From Elusimicrobiota bacterium (GTDB taxonomy: Bacteria; Elusimicrobiota; Elusimicrobia; Elusimicrobiales; UBA9959), in NCBI GenBank assembly GCA_037137395.1, contig JBAXKK010000001.1, positions 1-64,000 of the forward strand: a stretch of DNA of 64,000 nucleotides, given 5' to 3'. Under the pieces are notes generated by a model, which was not told the DNA's origin, did not search any database, and saw nothing but the letters and a program-made list of their open reading frames with translations. Below are positions 37,811 through 48,364 of this stretch, piece by piece (the stretch's first letter is position 1; every line of letters begins with the position of its first letter). Position numbers and translations under genes: made by a program.

Positions 37811-38809
37811 ATGAAAACCAAATTATCCATCATCGGCGGCCTGGTAATCAGCGCGGCATTACTTTATTTTGCCTTCAGGAATATTAATTTCAGCAAGCTG
37901 GCTGAAATATATTCGCGCGTCAATCCTCTGATCATAATACCGGCCTTTTTTGTTGTGCTGTTGGAGATGTCCCTTAGGGGGCTGAGGTGGAAACTTCTGC
38001 TTGACCCGGCCAGGCCCGTGCGGTTCTGGGACGCGTTTCGGCTGGAAGCCGCGGGATTGGCTTTAAGCAATGTTCTGCCGCTGCGTCTGGGCGAAATAGT
38101 CCGCGGCACTTTCGGCGCCGGGCTTTTCGGTATCCCGGTAGTTACGGTTTTCGCCACGATCCTTGTTGAGCGCGCGCTGGATACCATCGTTCTGGTCATC
38201 CTCTTCGTGCTGGCGGCCAGATTAGGCGGCATTACCGGGGGTTTCATCAGCTACGGTGGCTATTTCTGGGTCCTGCTCGGGGGGCTTCTGGCCGGCCTGC
38301 TGACACTGGTGTTTATAGATGAAATCATGACCCACCGGTTCTTTTCCGGATTTTTCAATAAATTTCCGCGCGTAACCAAAGGGCTGGGGCATCTGGCCCT
38401 GGGGGTCAGAGCCTTCCATTCCTTTAAGACCGCGGCCGCCGTGGTCGCGCTGGCGGCCGGGCAGTGGATGCTTGACGCGCTGAACTTCTACCTGGTGGCC
38501 CGCGCCTTCGGCATAAGCGACATAGTAAATGGTTTCAGGTGTGTGATCCTGCTTTTCAGCTCCGCGGTTGCGGTATCCATCCCCGGCATGCCGGGGTATT
38601 TCGGCAATTTTGAATTTGCCATCGCCAAAGTGGCCGGTTCCTGGGGAGTGAACCGGGAAGTGGCTTTCGCGTACGCCACCTTTGTGCATGTGCTTGGGTA
38701 TATTTTTGTCACCGTCGCCGGCATGATATTCGTTTACCAGATGGGCCAGTCGCTCGGCAAGGTGTGGGCGCAATTTTCGGGGAAAAAGATTGACGGGATT
38801 AAGGGTTAA
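37811..38809 (+). CDS. Lysylphosphatidylglycerol-synthase-TM-like (UPF0104) flippase-family protein
   Basis: RW..LL, NVLPLRLGE..R, ER..D, PG..G.FE. Confidence 0.85.
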   Translation: MKTKLSIIGGLVISAALLYFAFRNINFSKLAEIYSRVNPLIIIPAFFVVLLEMSLRGLRWKLLLDPARPVRFWDAFRLEAAGLALSNVLPLRLGEIVRGTFGAGLFGIPVVTVFATILVERALDTIVLVILFVLAARLGGITGGFISYGGYFWVLLGGLLAGLLTLVFIDEIMTHRFFSGFFNKFPRVTKGLGHLALGVRAFHSFKTAAAVVALAAGQWMLDALNFYLVARAFGISDIVNGFRCVILLFSSAVAVSIPGMPGYFGNFEFAIAKVAGSWGVNREVAFAYATFVHVLGYIFVTVAGMIFVYQMGQSLGKVWAQFSGKKIDGIKG

Positions 38810-38847
38810 GGATCTATGCTCAGGGCTGACCCTACCGACTGTTGATT

Positions 38848-40005
38848 ATGCTAGAGATAAAATCCGTTCTGATGCTGATACAGAGCTTTTCACCGGCCAT
38901 CGGGGGCGCGGAAAAACAGGCGCTTGAATTATCGCGCTCGCTGGTTTCAAGGGGGATCCGGGTGACGGTTATTACCCGGCGTGTGGGAGATACCGCGGCT
39001 GAAGAAATGATGGGCGGCGTGCGAGTTGTAAGGTTGAAGGTTTTGGGTTCGGGATTTATGGACACCTGCTCTTTTATGGCCGGAAGTTTTTTTTATCTTC
39101 TAAAACATGCCGCGCAATACGATGTTGTGCATGTTCATATAGCCTCATCTCACACCGTAGCCGCGCTGCTGGCCGGGTGGTTTACCGGCAAAAAAACGCT
39201 GGTGAAACTTGCCGATGGGAAAGAACAAAATGAAATAACGCTGTCAAGAAAAAATATTCTGGGCCGCATGAAACTTAAATTTTTCCAGTTCTCCAAGCCG
39301 CGGCTTATGGTGCTGAACGGCGAAGTTTTCGACTGGCTGAGCGGAATGGAGGAGTTCAGAGGGCTGCGTCTGATCCGGTTCCGTAACGGGGTGAATACGC
39401 TTAAATACGCGCCGGTGTTGTATCAGGCAAAAATAAACGCCAAGACCGTGCTTGGCTTTGATAACGCTCCAATTTTCCTATTTGTGGGCCGGCTTGATCC
39501 TAAGAAAAGAATAAAGGAATTTGTTGAACTCTGGGCTGAGATATTTTCAGAAGCAATGCTGAAACCAAAAATACGCCTTGTGATAGTCGGGACCGGCCCG
39601 GAAGAAGGGCAGATACGAGATGCCGTCTCAAGCCTGGGGCTTAAAGAGAGCGTGACGCTGACGGGCGTGCAGCATGATTTGCTGCCGTATTACAGCGCCG
39701 CCGACGTTTTTATCCTGCCGTCTATAGCGGAGGGGCTCTCTAATTCCATGCTGGAGGCGATGTCTTGCGGCCTGGCCATTATGGCTAGCCGGGTGGGCGG
39801 GGCCAGAGAAGCGGTTATAGAGGGAGAGAACGGATGTCTTTTTGATCCATTGAACCGTGGTGAGATAAAAGAGTGTTTGAGAAAATATATCGTCGACAGC
39901 AATCTGGCGGTAAGAATGGGTGAAAAATCGCGTGAAATAGCCGTGAATACCTATTCCATGGCAAAAGTCACGGATGAGCTGATAGAGATATATAAAAGGC
40001 GCTAG
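38848..40005 (+). CDS. GT4 glycosyltransferase
   Basis: GGAEKQ, FVGRL...K, EGLSNSMLEAM. Confidence 0.92.
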   Translation: MLEIKSVLMLIQSFSPAIGGAEKQALELSRSLVSRGIRVTVITRRVGDTAAEEMMGGVRVVRLKVLGSGFMDTCSFMAGSFFYLLKHAAQYDVVHVHIASSHTVAALLAGWFTGKKTLVKLADGKEQNEITLSRKNILGRMKLKFFQFSKPRLMVLNGEVFDWLSGMEEFRGLRLIRFRNGVNTLKYAPVLYQAKINAKTVLGFDNAPIFLFVGRLDPKKRIKEFVELWAEIFSEAMLKPKIRLVIVGTGPEEGQIRDAVSSLGLKESVTLTGVQHDLLPYYSAADVFILPSIAEGLSNSMLEAMSCGLAIMASRVGGAREAVIEGENGCLFDPLNRGEIKECLRKYIVDSNLAVRMGEKSREIAVNTYSMAKVTDELIEIYKRR

Positions 40006-40100
40006 ACGCAAAGCAGTCTAGAGGCAAAGCACGTTAGCTTATGGGTTTTGCATCTAAACTGCTTTAGCGCTACACTGGCTGATAAAAGGAAGTTGCTTAT

Positions 40101-42005
40101 ATGTGCGGAATCTGCGGAAAATATAATTACGCCGGCACTGAGCCCGTCACAAAGGAAGAGCTCAGAAAAATGAACGATCTTCTGGAGCACCGGGGGCCGG
40201 ACGACGAAGGCTTTCACTCCGAAGGCAATATCGGACTGGCCATGCGCCGGCTTTCCATTATAGACCTTGCCACGGGGCATCAGCCCATCTCCAACGAGGA
40301 CGGTTCCATCTGGATAGTTTTCAACGGCGAAATCTATAATTTTCAGGAGCTGCACGAGCGGCTTATCCTCAAAGGGCATGTCTTCAAAACAAAGTCCGAC
40401 ACCGAGACCATTATCCATCTTTATGAGGAGATGGGGACAGATTTCGTCAAAGAGCTCCGGGGGATGTTCGCCATCGCGATCTGGGACAGCCGGAAAAAAA
40501 GGTTGGTGCTGACCCGGGACAGAGTGGGCAAGAAACCTCTTTTTTATTCCATGAACGGAACATTTCTCGCTTTCGCCTCGGAATTAAACGCGCTCCTGGC
40601 GGTCAAAGGCGTTTCCCGCGACATAGATCTGCGCGCCGTGGACGCCTACCTCACGCTCCAGTACATCCCAAGCCCGCTCAGCATCTTTAAAAGCGTGAAA
40701 AAACTTGAGCCGGCGTCTATCCTGACGCTGGAGAACGGGAAAGTTACGATTGAAAGATATTGGGACCTGCCGCTCGGCGCCAATAAGCTGGATCTGCCGC
40801 TGGATGAAGTAAAGGAAAAGCTTTATGACGAACTTCTTGAGGCCACCAAAATCAGGATGATATCTGAGGTTCCGCTTGGCGCCTTTCTGTCTGGCGGGAT
40901 AGATTCTTCAGTCGTAGTAGCGCTGATGGCCAGGAGCTCCGACCAGCCGGTAAAGACTTTTTCCATAGGTTTCAAGGAAGCCGGGTTTTCTGAACTCGGT
41001 TACGCCCGACAGGTGGCTGAGATGTACGGCACTAAACACACGGAATTTATAGTCGAAGCAAATATGGCGGATATGCTGGAGAAGCTGGTGCGGCATTACG
41101 GTGAACCATACGCAGACGCCAGCGCGCTGCCTTCTTATTTCGTTTCCCGCGAGACCAGAAAAGCTGTGACCGTGGCCCTGAACGGAGACGGGGGGGACGA
41201 GGCCTTCGGCGGCTATTTGCGCTATGTCGCGATGAAGCTGGATTCTTATTGCGGCGTAATGCCGGCAATCTTTAAAAAAGGGCTTCTGAATTTTACACGG
41301 ATTTTCCCCAAAAAGGCGCCGTACGGCGTTTTCTGGCGCGCAGGGAAATTTATGAAGGCTTCCCTATATGAAAATCTGCCTCTCAGTTATTTATCCACAG
41401 TCTCATTTTTCGGGCCGGATGAAAAACAGGGCCTGTTCACCCCGGCTTTTGAAAATGCGCTGGGCAAGGATATCCGCTACGGTGAAAGGTATATAACCGA
41501 ACTATTCAAGGCGCCGGCCGGACAGGACCTCATGGGCAAACTATCCTATGTTGATTTCAGATCTTATCTGCCGGAATGCCTGATGACCAAGATGGATATT
41601 GCCTCCATGGCAAATTCCCTTGAGACGCGGTCCCCGTTCCTTGATCATAAGGTGGTCGAGTTCGCGTATCGCCTGCCAAGCCATCTGAAGCTCAAGGGGA
41701 TTAACGGAACCAAGTGGATATTAAAAGAAACCTTTAAAGATATGTTGCCCAGACAGATATATAAAAGGGGTAAGATGGGTTTTGGAATACCGCTGGGGCC
41801 CTGGTTTAGGGGAGAGTTAAAGGATTATTGGGCGGGAACATGCCTTTCCGCCAAGGCGCTGGGGCGTGGCTATTTTAACAGGGAACACCTTTTTATGTTG
41901 TGGGACGAACACCAGAGCGGCGCGTGCGACCACGGGTACAAACTCTGGGCGCTCCTGATGCTTGAATTATGGCATAAGGAATTCGCGGATGATTTTAAAC
42001 TGTAA
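40101..42005 (+). CDS. asnB: Asparagine synthase (glutamine-hydrolysing) family amidotransferase
   Basis: MCGICG, HRGPD, RLSIID, LSGGIDSS, GDGGDE. Confidence 0.92.
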   Translation: MCGICGKYNYAGTEPVTKEELRKMNDLLEHRGPDDEGFHSEGNIGLAMRRLSIIDLATGHQPISNEDGSIWIVFNGEIYNFQELHERLILKGHVFKTKSDTETIIHLYEEMGTDFVKELRGMFAIAIWDSRKKRLVLTRDRVGKKPLFYSMNGTFLAFASELNALLAVKGVSRDIDLRAVDAYLTLQYIPSPLSIFKSVKKLEPASILTLENGKVTIERYWDLPLGANKLDLPLDEVKEKLYDELLEATKIRMISEVPLGAFLSGGIDSSVVVALMARSSDQPVKTFSIGFKEAGFSELGYARQVAEMYGTKHTEFIVEANMADMLEKLVRHYGEPYADASALPSYFVSRETRKAVTVALNGDGGDEAFGGYLRYVAMKLDSYCGVMPAIFKKGLLNFTRIFPKKAPYGVFWRAGKFMKASLYENLPLSYLSTVSFFGPDEKQGLFTPAFENALGKDIRYGERYITELFKAPAGQDLMGKLSYVDFRSYLPECLMTKMDIASMANSLETRSPFLDHKVVEFAYRLPSHLKLKGINGTKWILKETFKDMLPRQIYKRGKMGFGIPLGPWFRGELKDYWAGTCLSAKALGRGYFNREHLFMLWDEHQSGACDHGYKLWALLMLELWHKEFADDFKL

Positions 42006-42097
42006 CCGTAAACACTAAATCGGAAAGCGTGAATAGCGTAAGAGTTTAGCAGGCCTTAAAACTATTGCCGATTTGCGATTGCCGATTCACGACCCTT

Positions 42098-42553
42098 ATG
42101 AAAATTGTCCTTATCAATCCCGATATACCGTGGAACGCGGGCAATATAGGCCGCACCTGCGTGGCCACAGGCACTGAGCTGGTTTTTGTGGGTAAAATGG
42201 GGTTTGAGATAAATTCAAAGGAAATACGGCGTTCAGGCCTGGATTACTGGCAGTACCTGAAATACTCCATTCACGCAGATTTTGAAAGTTTTTTAAGAAC
42301 CCTTGGTGAAAATCCGCCGCTTATTTTCCTTTCCACTCGCGGCAAAGCGGCTTACTGGGATGCTCCGTACCGGGAGGATTCCTGCCTTATATTCGGCAGC
42401 GAGGGGGCCGGTCTTCCTGATTTGATGTATGAAAAGTACGCCGATAATCTTTACCGCATACCAATGTGGTCCGACCATGTACGCTCGCTAAATCTTTCCA
42501 CTTCCGCCGGAGTTGTTCTCTACGAAGCTCTAAGACAGATAAAACGGTTATAG
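42098..42553 (+). CDS. trmL: tRNA (cytidine34-2'-O)-methyltransferase
   Basis: PDIPWNAGNIGRTC, RRSGLDYW, FGSE..GL, RSLNLS. Confidence 0.92.
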   Translation: MKIVLINPDIPWNAGNIGRTCVATGTELVFVGKMGFEINSKEIRRSGLDYWQYLKYSIHADFESFLRTLGENPPLIFLSTRGKAAYWDAPYREDSCLIFGSEGAGLPDLMYEKYADNLYRIPMWSDHVRSLNLSTSAGVVLYEALRQIKRL

Positions 42554-42601
42554 CGGCCGCCATCCAGTAGTTCGGGCAGAAGGTCTGCTCAGGACTGCTT
42601 T

Positions 42602-43109
42602 TTATATGCCGGGTTTTCCGTTTAAAAACTCTTTATTTATAAGCCGAAGGGAGCGGTTGATGTCCGAATAAACCCTCGGTCTTTTATGAAAGAATTTACG
42701 CCTTAACAGATCCATCAGGCCGGATACTCCATAGTGCCTTACAACTGTGTAGTATTTGAGCAGGAATTTTCTGACTCTCCTGGGAAACACGTTATAAATG
42801 GCCGCGTAATAAAACCGCTTTGATCTCTTGCAGTTTAAAACTTTCAGAATACCATGCTTGCGCAGGTAAGCGCAAAGCAATTCAAGGACGATGTAATCCT
42901 TCCAGTGCAACACCTCCTCCTTCTCATAATCCGTGAAATTTAAATAATGGGAAATTTCATTGGCAGCGGCCTCGTGCAGGCTCTTGATATATTCTTCCTC
43001 CCCGGAAAGAGAAGATTTAATTATCCCCAATAACTCGTGAAATGGCGACAGGGGGATAATCCGTGGGAGCGCGGCCGCTGGGTAGATTAATAAGTAAAAC
43101 TCTAATCAT
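42602..43109 (-). pseudogene. Internally deleted remnant, probably a B12-binding radical SAM gene
   Basis: ATG 43109 gives MIRVLLINLP...DYPPVAI then stop; an out-of-frame C-terminal fragment (EEEYIKSL..NFT) follows. Confidence 0.55.
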
Positions 43110-44334
43110 TTGATTTAAAAATCACTTTTTTTAAAAAAGCTTTCGTAGCCGGGAACTTGTCAACTACTTCCTCTACGAAAAACGTGTAAAGCTGGGAAAG
43201 GTCTATTGTTCGCAACTTCAAAATTATAAAGAACTCTTCCAGGGCGAATGCGAATTGAAGGCGTTTGAGAAATTTTATTATATATAACATCCTGTATGAA
43301 GCGAAATTTTTTTTAAAAATGGCGTCTGCGTGTATCCCGGGCCATCCCGGCATCTTCTTCTGCCGACGGGCCTCGATTTCGGCCAGGAGTTTCGGGATCG
43401 CAATGCTGATGTCGTAATCTTTAATGGCTCTCCGGTAACCGCGGTCCGCTATGGCTTCTCTTTCGGCACTGTTTGAAAGATAAAATTGTATTTTATCTAA
43501 TAGCTCCGCTTTTGTGGAAAACACGGCCATCTCTTCGCCTGGAAGAAACATTTGTTCGATGTTTGGAGCGTATTCGGATAGCGCAAAAGATCCGCATAGG
43601 GCCACTTCGGTTATTCTGCCCTTCAATTGCTTGCTGTTTGCGGGCATGCCGGTAGTTCTGTATAGGTGGGTGAGCGCGGTCGCACCCGTAAAATTAAGAT
43701 TGATTTTGCTTTTGTTGAAAATTTCAACCATTTGCCCCAGCGTAACCTGACCTCCGGGAGCGCCAAAACCGAAAACCTGGACATTAATACCGTTTTTGCA
43801 AAGATAGTCAACATACGCGGCCCGATCTTTTCTTCCAAGGAACCCGCCTACGAAAGAAACATCAATTGTTTTTTCCCGGCTGGCTAATTTTAAATACTTC
43901 GCGCGGTCATACGCGCTTAAAAACATTAAAGCGTCTCCGCCCATTTTTTTAAAGGCGTGCAATGTTTCAAAAGAATCGTAAATGATGAATAAATCCATGA
44001 TCCCGGCGTAGTATTTATCTCTGGGCTCAAAGTAATAAACCGTGTCACCAGCCATCATCGCCGTGAAAACATGGGATCTCAGCTCAGCGAAAAAAGCAAG
44101 TGGGAAATGAAATGAAATAGGGTCGGCCGCGAAGATTATGGTTTTAATATCTTTTTCTCGGATAAAATTACTTATAAACTTCTGGGAGCCATAGTGGCCA
44201 TGCTTTAGGTATAACACGCGGTAGTCAAGGAAAAGAGCGCCATTTTTTTCGAATTCGCGCTGATAGCCATTGCCGACGTCATTCGGCGTGTCGGAGTTCT
44301 GATGAGATAAGAGCAGCGTTTTCCCAGGTGTCAT
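43102..44334 (-). CDS. CgeB-like glycosyltransferase
   Basis: DVSFVG, SKINLNF, KGRITE, F.PGEE motifs. Confidence 0.85.
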   Translation of the reverse strand: MTPGKTLLLSHQNSDTPNDVGNGYQREFEKNGALFLDYRVLYLKHGHYGSQKFISNFIREKDIKTIIFAADPISFHFPLAFFAELRSHVFTAMMAGDTVYYFEPRDKYYAGIMDLFIIYDSFETLHAFKKMGGDALMFLSAYDRAKYLKLASREKTIDVSFVGGFLGRKDRAAYVDYLCKNGINVQVFGFGAPGGQVTLGQMVEIFNKSKINLNFTGATALTHLYRTTGMPANSKQLKGRITEVALCGSFALSEYAPNIEQMFLPGEEMAVFSTKAELLDKIQFYLSNSAEREAIADRGYRRAIKDYDISIAIPKLLAEIEARRQKKMPGWPGIHADAIFKKNFASYRMLYIIKFLKRLQFAFALEEFFIILKLRTIDLSQLYTFFVEEVVDKFPATKAFLKKVIFKSND

Positions 44335-44420
44335 AGAATTACCTTTTTTGCTTTGCCCTGCAAAACATGTTCCCGGCGGATAGTGAAAAAGCATTTAATT
44401 CATTAGGCATGATGGTTGTG

Positions 44421-45992
44421 TTATGTGGCGTCGGCGGGATTTGCGCGGAATCTTGTTTGTATAAGCTGATAAATTTTTAAGAACTCCGGGAGTCTGAAAA
44501 AAGCGGATATGGCAAGGAAAACTATAATTCCCGCGAGAACGGATGAGGCAAGAGTTATCGTCTGGCTTAAGATGGTGTTATCAAAAATACTGTGCATGCC
44601 GGAATATGTGAAAAAAACAGCCATGCCAGATACAATGGCAAAAGCCGTTATTTTGGATAAAGATCTTAGGATTGATACACCGTGAAGGTTTGATATCCTC
44701 CTTTTCAGAATAACGAAGTAGAGCACGGCTGCGATAAATGAGCTTGCGGCGGTTGAAAGCGCGATACCGCATGCCGGCGTGCTCATTAGTTTCATCAAAA
44801 CAAAATTTAAAACTATGGTTACAATTAGGGAGGTGATTACCACTTTGATAATATTTTTCATGTCCTGGAATGCAAACATGAGCCTCAACATTATCGCGAC
44901 TGCGTAGTTGGAGAAAAGCTGGAGGCAGCAGAACACGAATATTTTAGAGGTTAACTCCGTGGCGGCCGCATCAAAGGCGCCCCGCTGAAATATAAGCTGT
45001 ATGGAAGGTTTTGCCAAAATCATCATTGTGACAGCCAAGGGGATGAAAATGAATCCGGACATCCTTATGCTCAGAGAAATGGTGGCCTTGATATCCTCTA
45101 TCTTGTTTTCCGCGGCCTGAGCGGATAAGAAGGGGTATATTGAGGCAGCAATAGCGCCAGAAAATATTATCAAAGGAACCTGCACCAGTTTGTCCGCATA
45201 TGCGAGCGCCGTTATGCTTCCGCCCGGGAGCCAAGATGCCATAAACCTATTGACCACTGCGTTAAGCCCCCCCGAAATCGTGATTATCAGGAAAATGCCC
45301 GCCAGATTTAATGACCTTTGTATTTCGGGGTGGGTCAGGTCTAAAACGGCGGAATGACGGAATCCGTACTTTTTCGGGAAAGGCGCAAGGAATAAGAATT
45401 GAAGGATGGTGCCGGCAAGCAGGCCCCAACCCAGCACAAATATCCCCAAGCGGGCGGTGAAAAAGAGCATGAAAAAAATAGTGCTCAACGTTATAAATAT
45501 CCCCGAAATCGCCGGCCATAAAAAATGCTCAAACGCGTTGATTATGCCTGACAAAATGTTCACCGCGCCTGTGAAAATTATTCCGGCGCTTATTATTCTG
45601 AGCATTTTCGCCGCGTTCACAGCGGTGTCCGCGTCCAACCCGGGAGAAAAAAGGTTAATAACATGGCCAGAAAAAGAGAAGGTGAGAATAGCTGCGACTA
45701 AGAGGATAAGAATAATAATGTTTGAAACCGTGCTTATGATATGGTTCGCCTCCTCCATGTTTTTTAGCTTGTATTTGACTAGAACCGGGATGAATATTAT
45801 TGCGAAAGGGGACAGAAAAACACTGTTTATCAGGTTCGGCACGGTCAGCGCCGCATAGAAGGAGTCCATGGCTCGTGAGACGCCAAAATAACTGGCGCCG
45901 AGCATTTCCTTCACCATGGATAAGGCGTGGCCGAGTATGCTTGCGGCGACAAGTATCGTGTAGGCTTTTGCAATTTTTAGATTTGTGCTCAT
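44421..45992 (-). CDS. MurJ/MviN-family flippase
   Basis: Polytopic TM protein; YFG....DSFYAA, L.YADKL.Q.P, FQRGAFD. Confidence 0.85.
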   Translation of the reverse strand: MSTNLKIAKAYTILVAASILGHALSMVKEMLGASYFGVSRAMDSFYAALTVPNLINSVFLSPFAIIFIPVLVKYKLKNMEEANHIISTVSNIIILILLVAAILTFSFSGHVINLFSPGLDADTAVNAAKMLRIISAGIIFTGAVNILSGIINAFEHFLWPAISGIFITLSTIFFMLFFTARLGIFVLGWGLLAGTILQFLFLAPFPKKYGFRHSAVLDLTHPEIQRSLNLAGIFLIITISGGLNAVVNRFMASWLPGGSITALAYADKLVQVPLIIFSGAIAASIYPFLSAQAAENKIEDIKATISLSIRMSGFIFIPLAVTMMILAKPSIQLIFQRGAFDAAATELTSKIFVFCCLQLFSNYAVAIMLRLMFAFQDMKNIIKVVITSLIVTIVLNFVLMKLMSTPACGIALSTAASSFIAAVLYFVILKRRISNLHGVSILRSLSKITAFAIVSGMAVFFTYSGMHSIFDNTILSQTITLASSVLAGIIVFLAISAFFRLPEFLKIYQLIQTRFRANPADAT

Positions 45993-46061
45993 TTTGCAGG
46001 ATTCAGTATGCAGGATTAAGGATTAAGCTGTGCCCCTTAAACCATTACTGCTTACCACTTA

Positions 46062-47273
46062 CTACTTGGTCGTCAGCTTAACCAGGATGTTTCGAATGAC
46101 CCTTCTCATTCCCCCTGTAAACCCTGATAAGAAAATCATCAACCCATGCTTAAATAGAAGATGGAATGTTTCAAAGGCGGCTTTAAGCTTGCGATTCTTA
46201 GCCATAACGCACATTGAGAAGGTAAGGCTGTTTATCTCTCTGATCTTAAAATTTCTGCTGAGATATATTTTATCCGCTTTGGCATTTGCTCCGCCCGCGT
46301 TTGAGAGACAGCACGCCATATTTTCCAACATCCTTGGTATATAAATTTCCTCGCGGTAGTTTTTGACTGCGTACTCATGCGCGGCCAAAGCCAGGGCCTC
46401 TCTTTTTTCAGGGTTGGCGAGATAAAATCTCACCTTTTCAAGGAGTTCCGCTTTATCGCGGAAAAAATCCATCTCTTCTCCAAGCTTGAACACTGTCTCC
46501 AGAGCGGGAGAATATTCTGAAAGGCAGAACGAACCTGTTAGGGCTATTTCCCTCGGTCTGCCGGTGTTCTGGCGCACTCTGTTTAATAGCGGTTCATCCG
46601 CATTTCTCCACTCTAAGTCCCCGAGTCGGCTGAAATTAAGATTAATCCTGCTTCTGCAGAAATATTCCGATATTTTTTCAACAGGAAGATAGCCGTTACT
46701 TGATCCCTGCCCGTAAACCGTCACAGCTACCCCGGCATTCCTGAGGAATTCAACATATTCCCGCCTGCCGCGCTTGCTCATATCGCCGATAAAACAGACA
46801 TCTATGTCTTTGTTAATTTTAACGGGGAAGTATTTGTTGCTGGCGGTTAAATCCTGGCACACCAAGGCCTGTATCTCCAGCCTTTTGTATGCGAATGAGG
46901 CAAAATAATCCGCGGTTATGACTGCGTCCGCAGTCTGCGCATAATACCTGTTGTAGCTCTCAAAGTAGGTCGGGTCGTCCGCGAACCAGAAAACCGTTGT
47001 TAGTTTTTTTCGCAGGGAACTGTAAAAATCAACGGAAAGCTGGTAATCGCTGGCAAAAGGGCAGCATAGTGTGATGTCTATTTTTTTTTCGGTTATGATG
47101 TTGCGTATGCGCCGCTCGGTGTTCTTTATCCCTTCGGTGTGGCAGGTCTGGGCGTAATTTAACAGGTGTACTGATCTGAAATATCTCTTAAGGGGCGTGA
47201 ACCGCATGGGAAAACCGCTGTTCTCCGCCGGATAAAGCGCCAGGATGTTTTTATCCTTAAAAAAGTCTGTCAT
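46062..47273 (-). CDS. CgeB-like glycosyltransferase
   Basis: WFADD, DVCFIG, SRINLNF, GRPRE. Confidence 0.85.
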   Translation of the reverse strand: MTDFFKDKNILALYPAENSGFPMRFTPLKRYFRSVHLLNYAQTCHTEGIKNTERRIRNIITEKKIDITLCCPFASDYQLSVDFYSSLRKKLTTVFWFADDPTYFESYNRYYAQTADAVITADYFASFAYKRLEIQALVCQDLTASNKYFPVKINKDIDVCFIGDMSKRGRREYVEFLRNAGVAVTVYGQGSSNGYLPVEKISEYFCRSRINLNFSRLGDLEWRNADEPLLNRVRQNTGRPREIALTGSFCLSEYSPALETVFKLGEEMDFFRDKAELLEKVRFYLANPEKREALALAAHEYAVKNYREEIYIPRMLENMACCLSNAGGANAKADKIYLSRNFKIREINSLTFSMCVMAKNRKLKAAFETFHLLFKHGLMIFLSGFTGGMRRVIRNILVKLTTK

Positions 47274-47381
47274 AATCGATAATTCCGGGGTGCGGCGTGT
47301 TGTAAACGCACGGATTAAATTATACTATATGAAAATAATAACAAATATATATCATTGTTCGTACGCTAAGAGGTTGTAGAT

Positions 47382-48335
47382 ATGAAAAGATCTGCCAAAA
47401 AAACGAAAGTTGTTGTAACCGGGGGAGCCGGATACATCGGGTCCATCCTTGTTCCAACCCTTCTCAGGGAAGGGTATAGAGTGCGCGTTCTGGATAGTTT
47501 TATGTTTGGGCAGACATCCCTGTTGGAATGCTGCTCCTCGCCTGATTTTGAAATAACACGGGGGGATGCCCGCGATGAGAGGCTGATAAAAGCGTGCGTG
47601 GCGGACGCTGACTATATTATTCCGCTCGCCTGTCTTACCGGAGCTCCCATTTGTGACCGCAATCCGGGCGAGGCCAGAGGCGTTATTCTGGACGCGTTGG
47701 ATGTTATTCTAAAATTCCGTTCGAAAGAACAGCGGCTGATATACCCGACCACCAACAGCGGCTACGGCCTGGGGGAAAAGGGTCGTTTCTGCACCGAGGC
47801 TACGCCTCTGCGCCCGGTTTCACTTTACGGCCAGCTTAAAAACGCTGCGGAGGAAAAAATATTGTCTGCCGGTAATTCCGTCTCCTTCCGTCTTGCCACG
47901 GCTTTCGGCGTAAGCCCCCGCATGCGCCTGGACCTGCTGGTTAATGATTTTACCTACCGGGCGGTTACAGACAGGTTTATTGTGTTATTTGAAGCTCATT
48001 TTAAACGGAACTTTATACATGTGCGTGATGTCGCAAAGGCGTTTCTCCATGCCATGGATAATTTTGACAGGATGAAGGGGGAAATGTTCAACCTGGGCCT
48101 GAGCGACGCGAACCTGAGCAAAATGGAACTCTGTAAAGAGATACAAAAACAGCTCCCTGATTTCTATTTTTCCGAGTCAGCTATCGGTAAGGATCCAGAC
48201 AAGCGGGATTATATCGTCAGCAACGCCAAGATAGAGAAGACAGGTTTTAAACCCGATGTTTCTCTGCAAAATGGGATAACAGAACTGATAAAAGGATTTC
48301 GCATAATCAGGCGTAACCAGTATTCTAATGTCTAG
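47382..48335 (+). CDS. NAD-dependent sugar epimerase/dehydratase/reductase
   Basis: GGAGYIG, YGQLK, SPRMRLDLLVN. Confidence 0.9.
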   Translation: MKRSAKKTKVVVTGGAGYIGSILVPTLLREGYRVRVLDSFMFGQTSLLECCSSPDFEITRGDARDERLIKACVADADYIIPLACLTGAPICDRNPGEARGVILDALDVILKFRSKEQRLIYPTTNSGYGLGEKGRFCTEATPLRPVSLYGQLKNAAEEKILSAGNSVSFRLATAFGVSPRMRLDLLVNDFTYRAVTDRFIVLFEAHFKRNFIHVRDVAKAFLHAMDNFDRMKGEMFNLGLSDANLSKMELCKEIQKQLPDFYFSESAIGKDPDKRDYIVSNAKIEKTGFKPDVSLQNGITELIKGFRIIRRNQYSNV

Positions 48336-48364
48336 TTTGGATAGACTGACGCGGGAAGGGGAAA

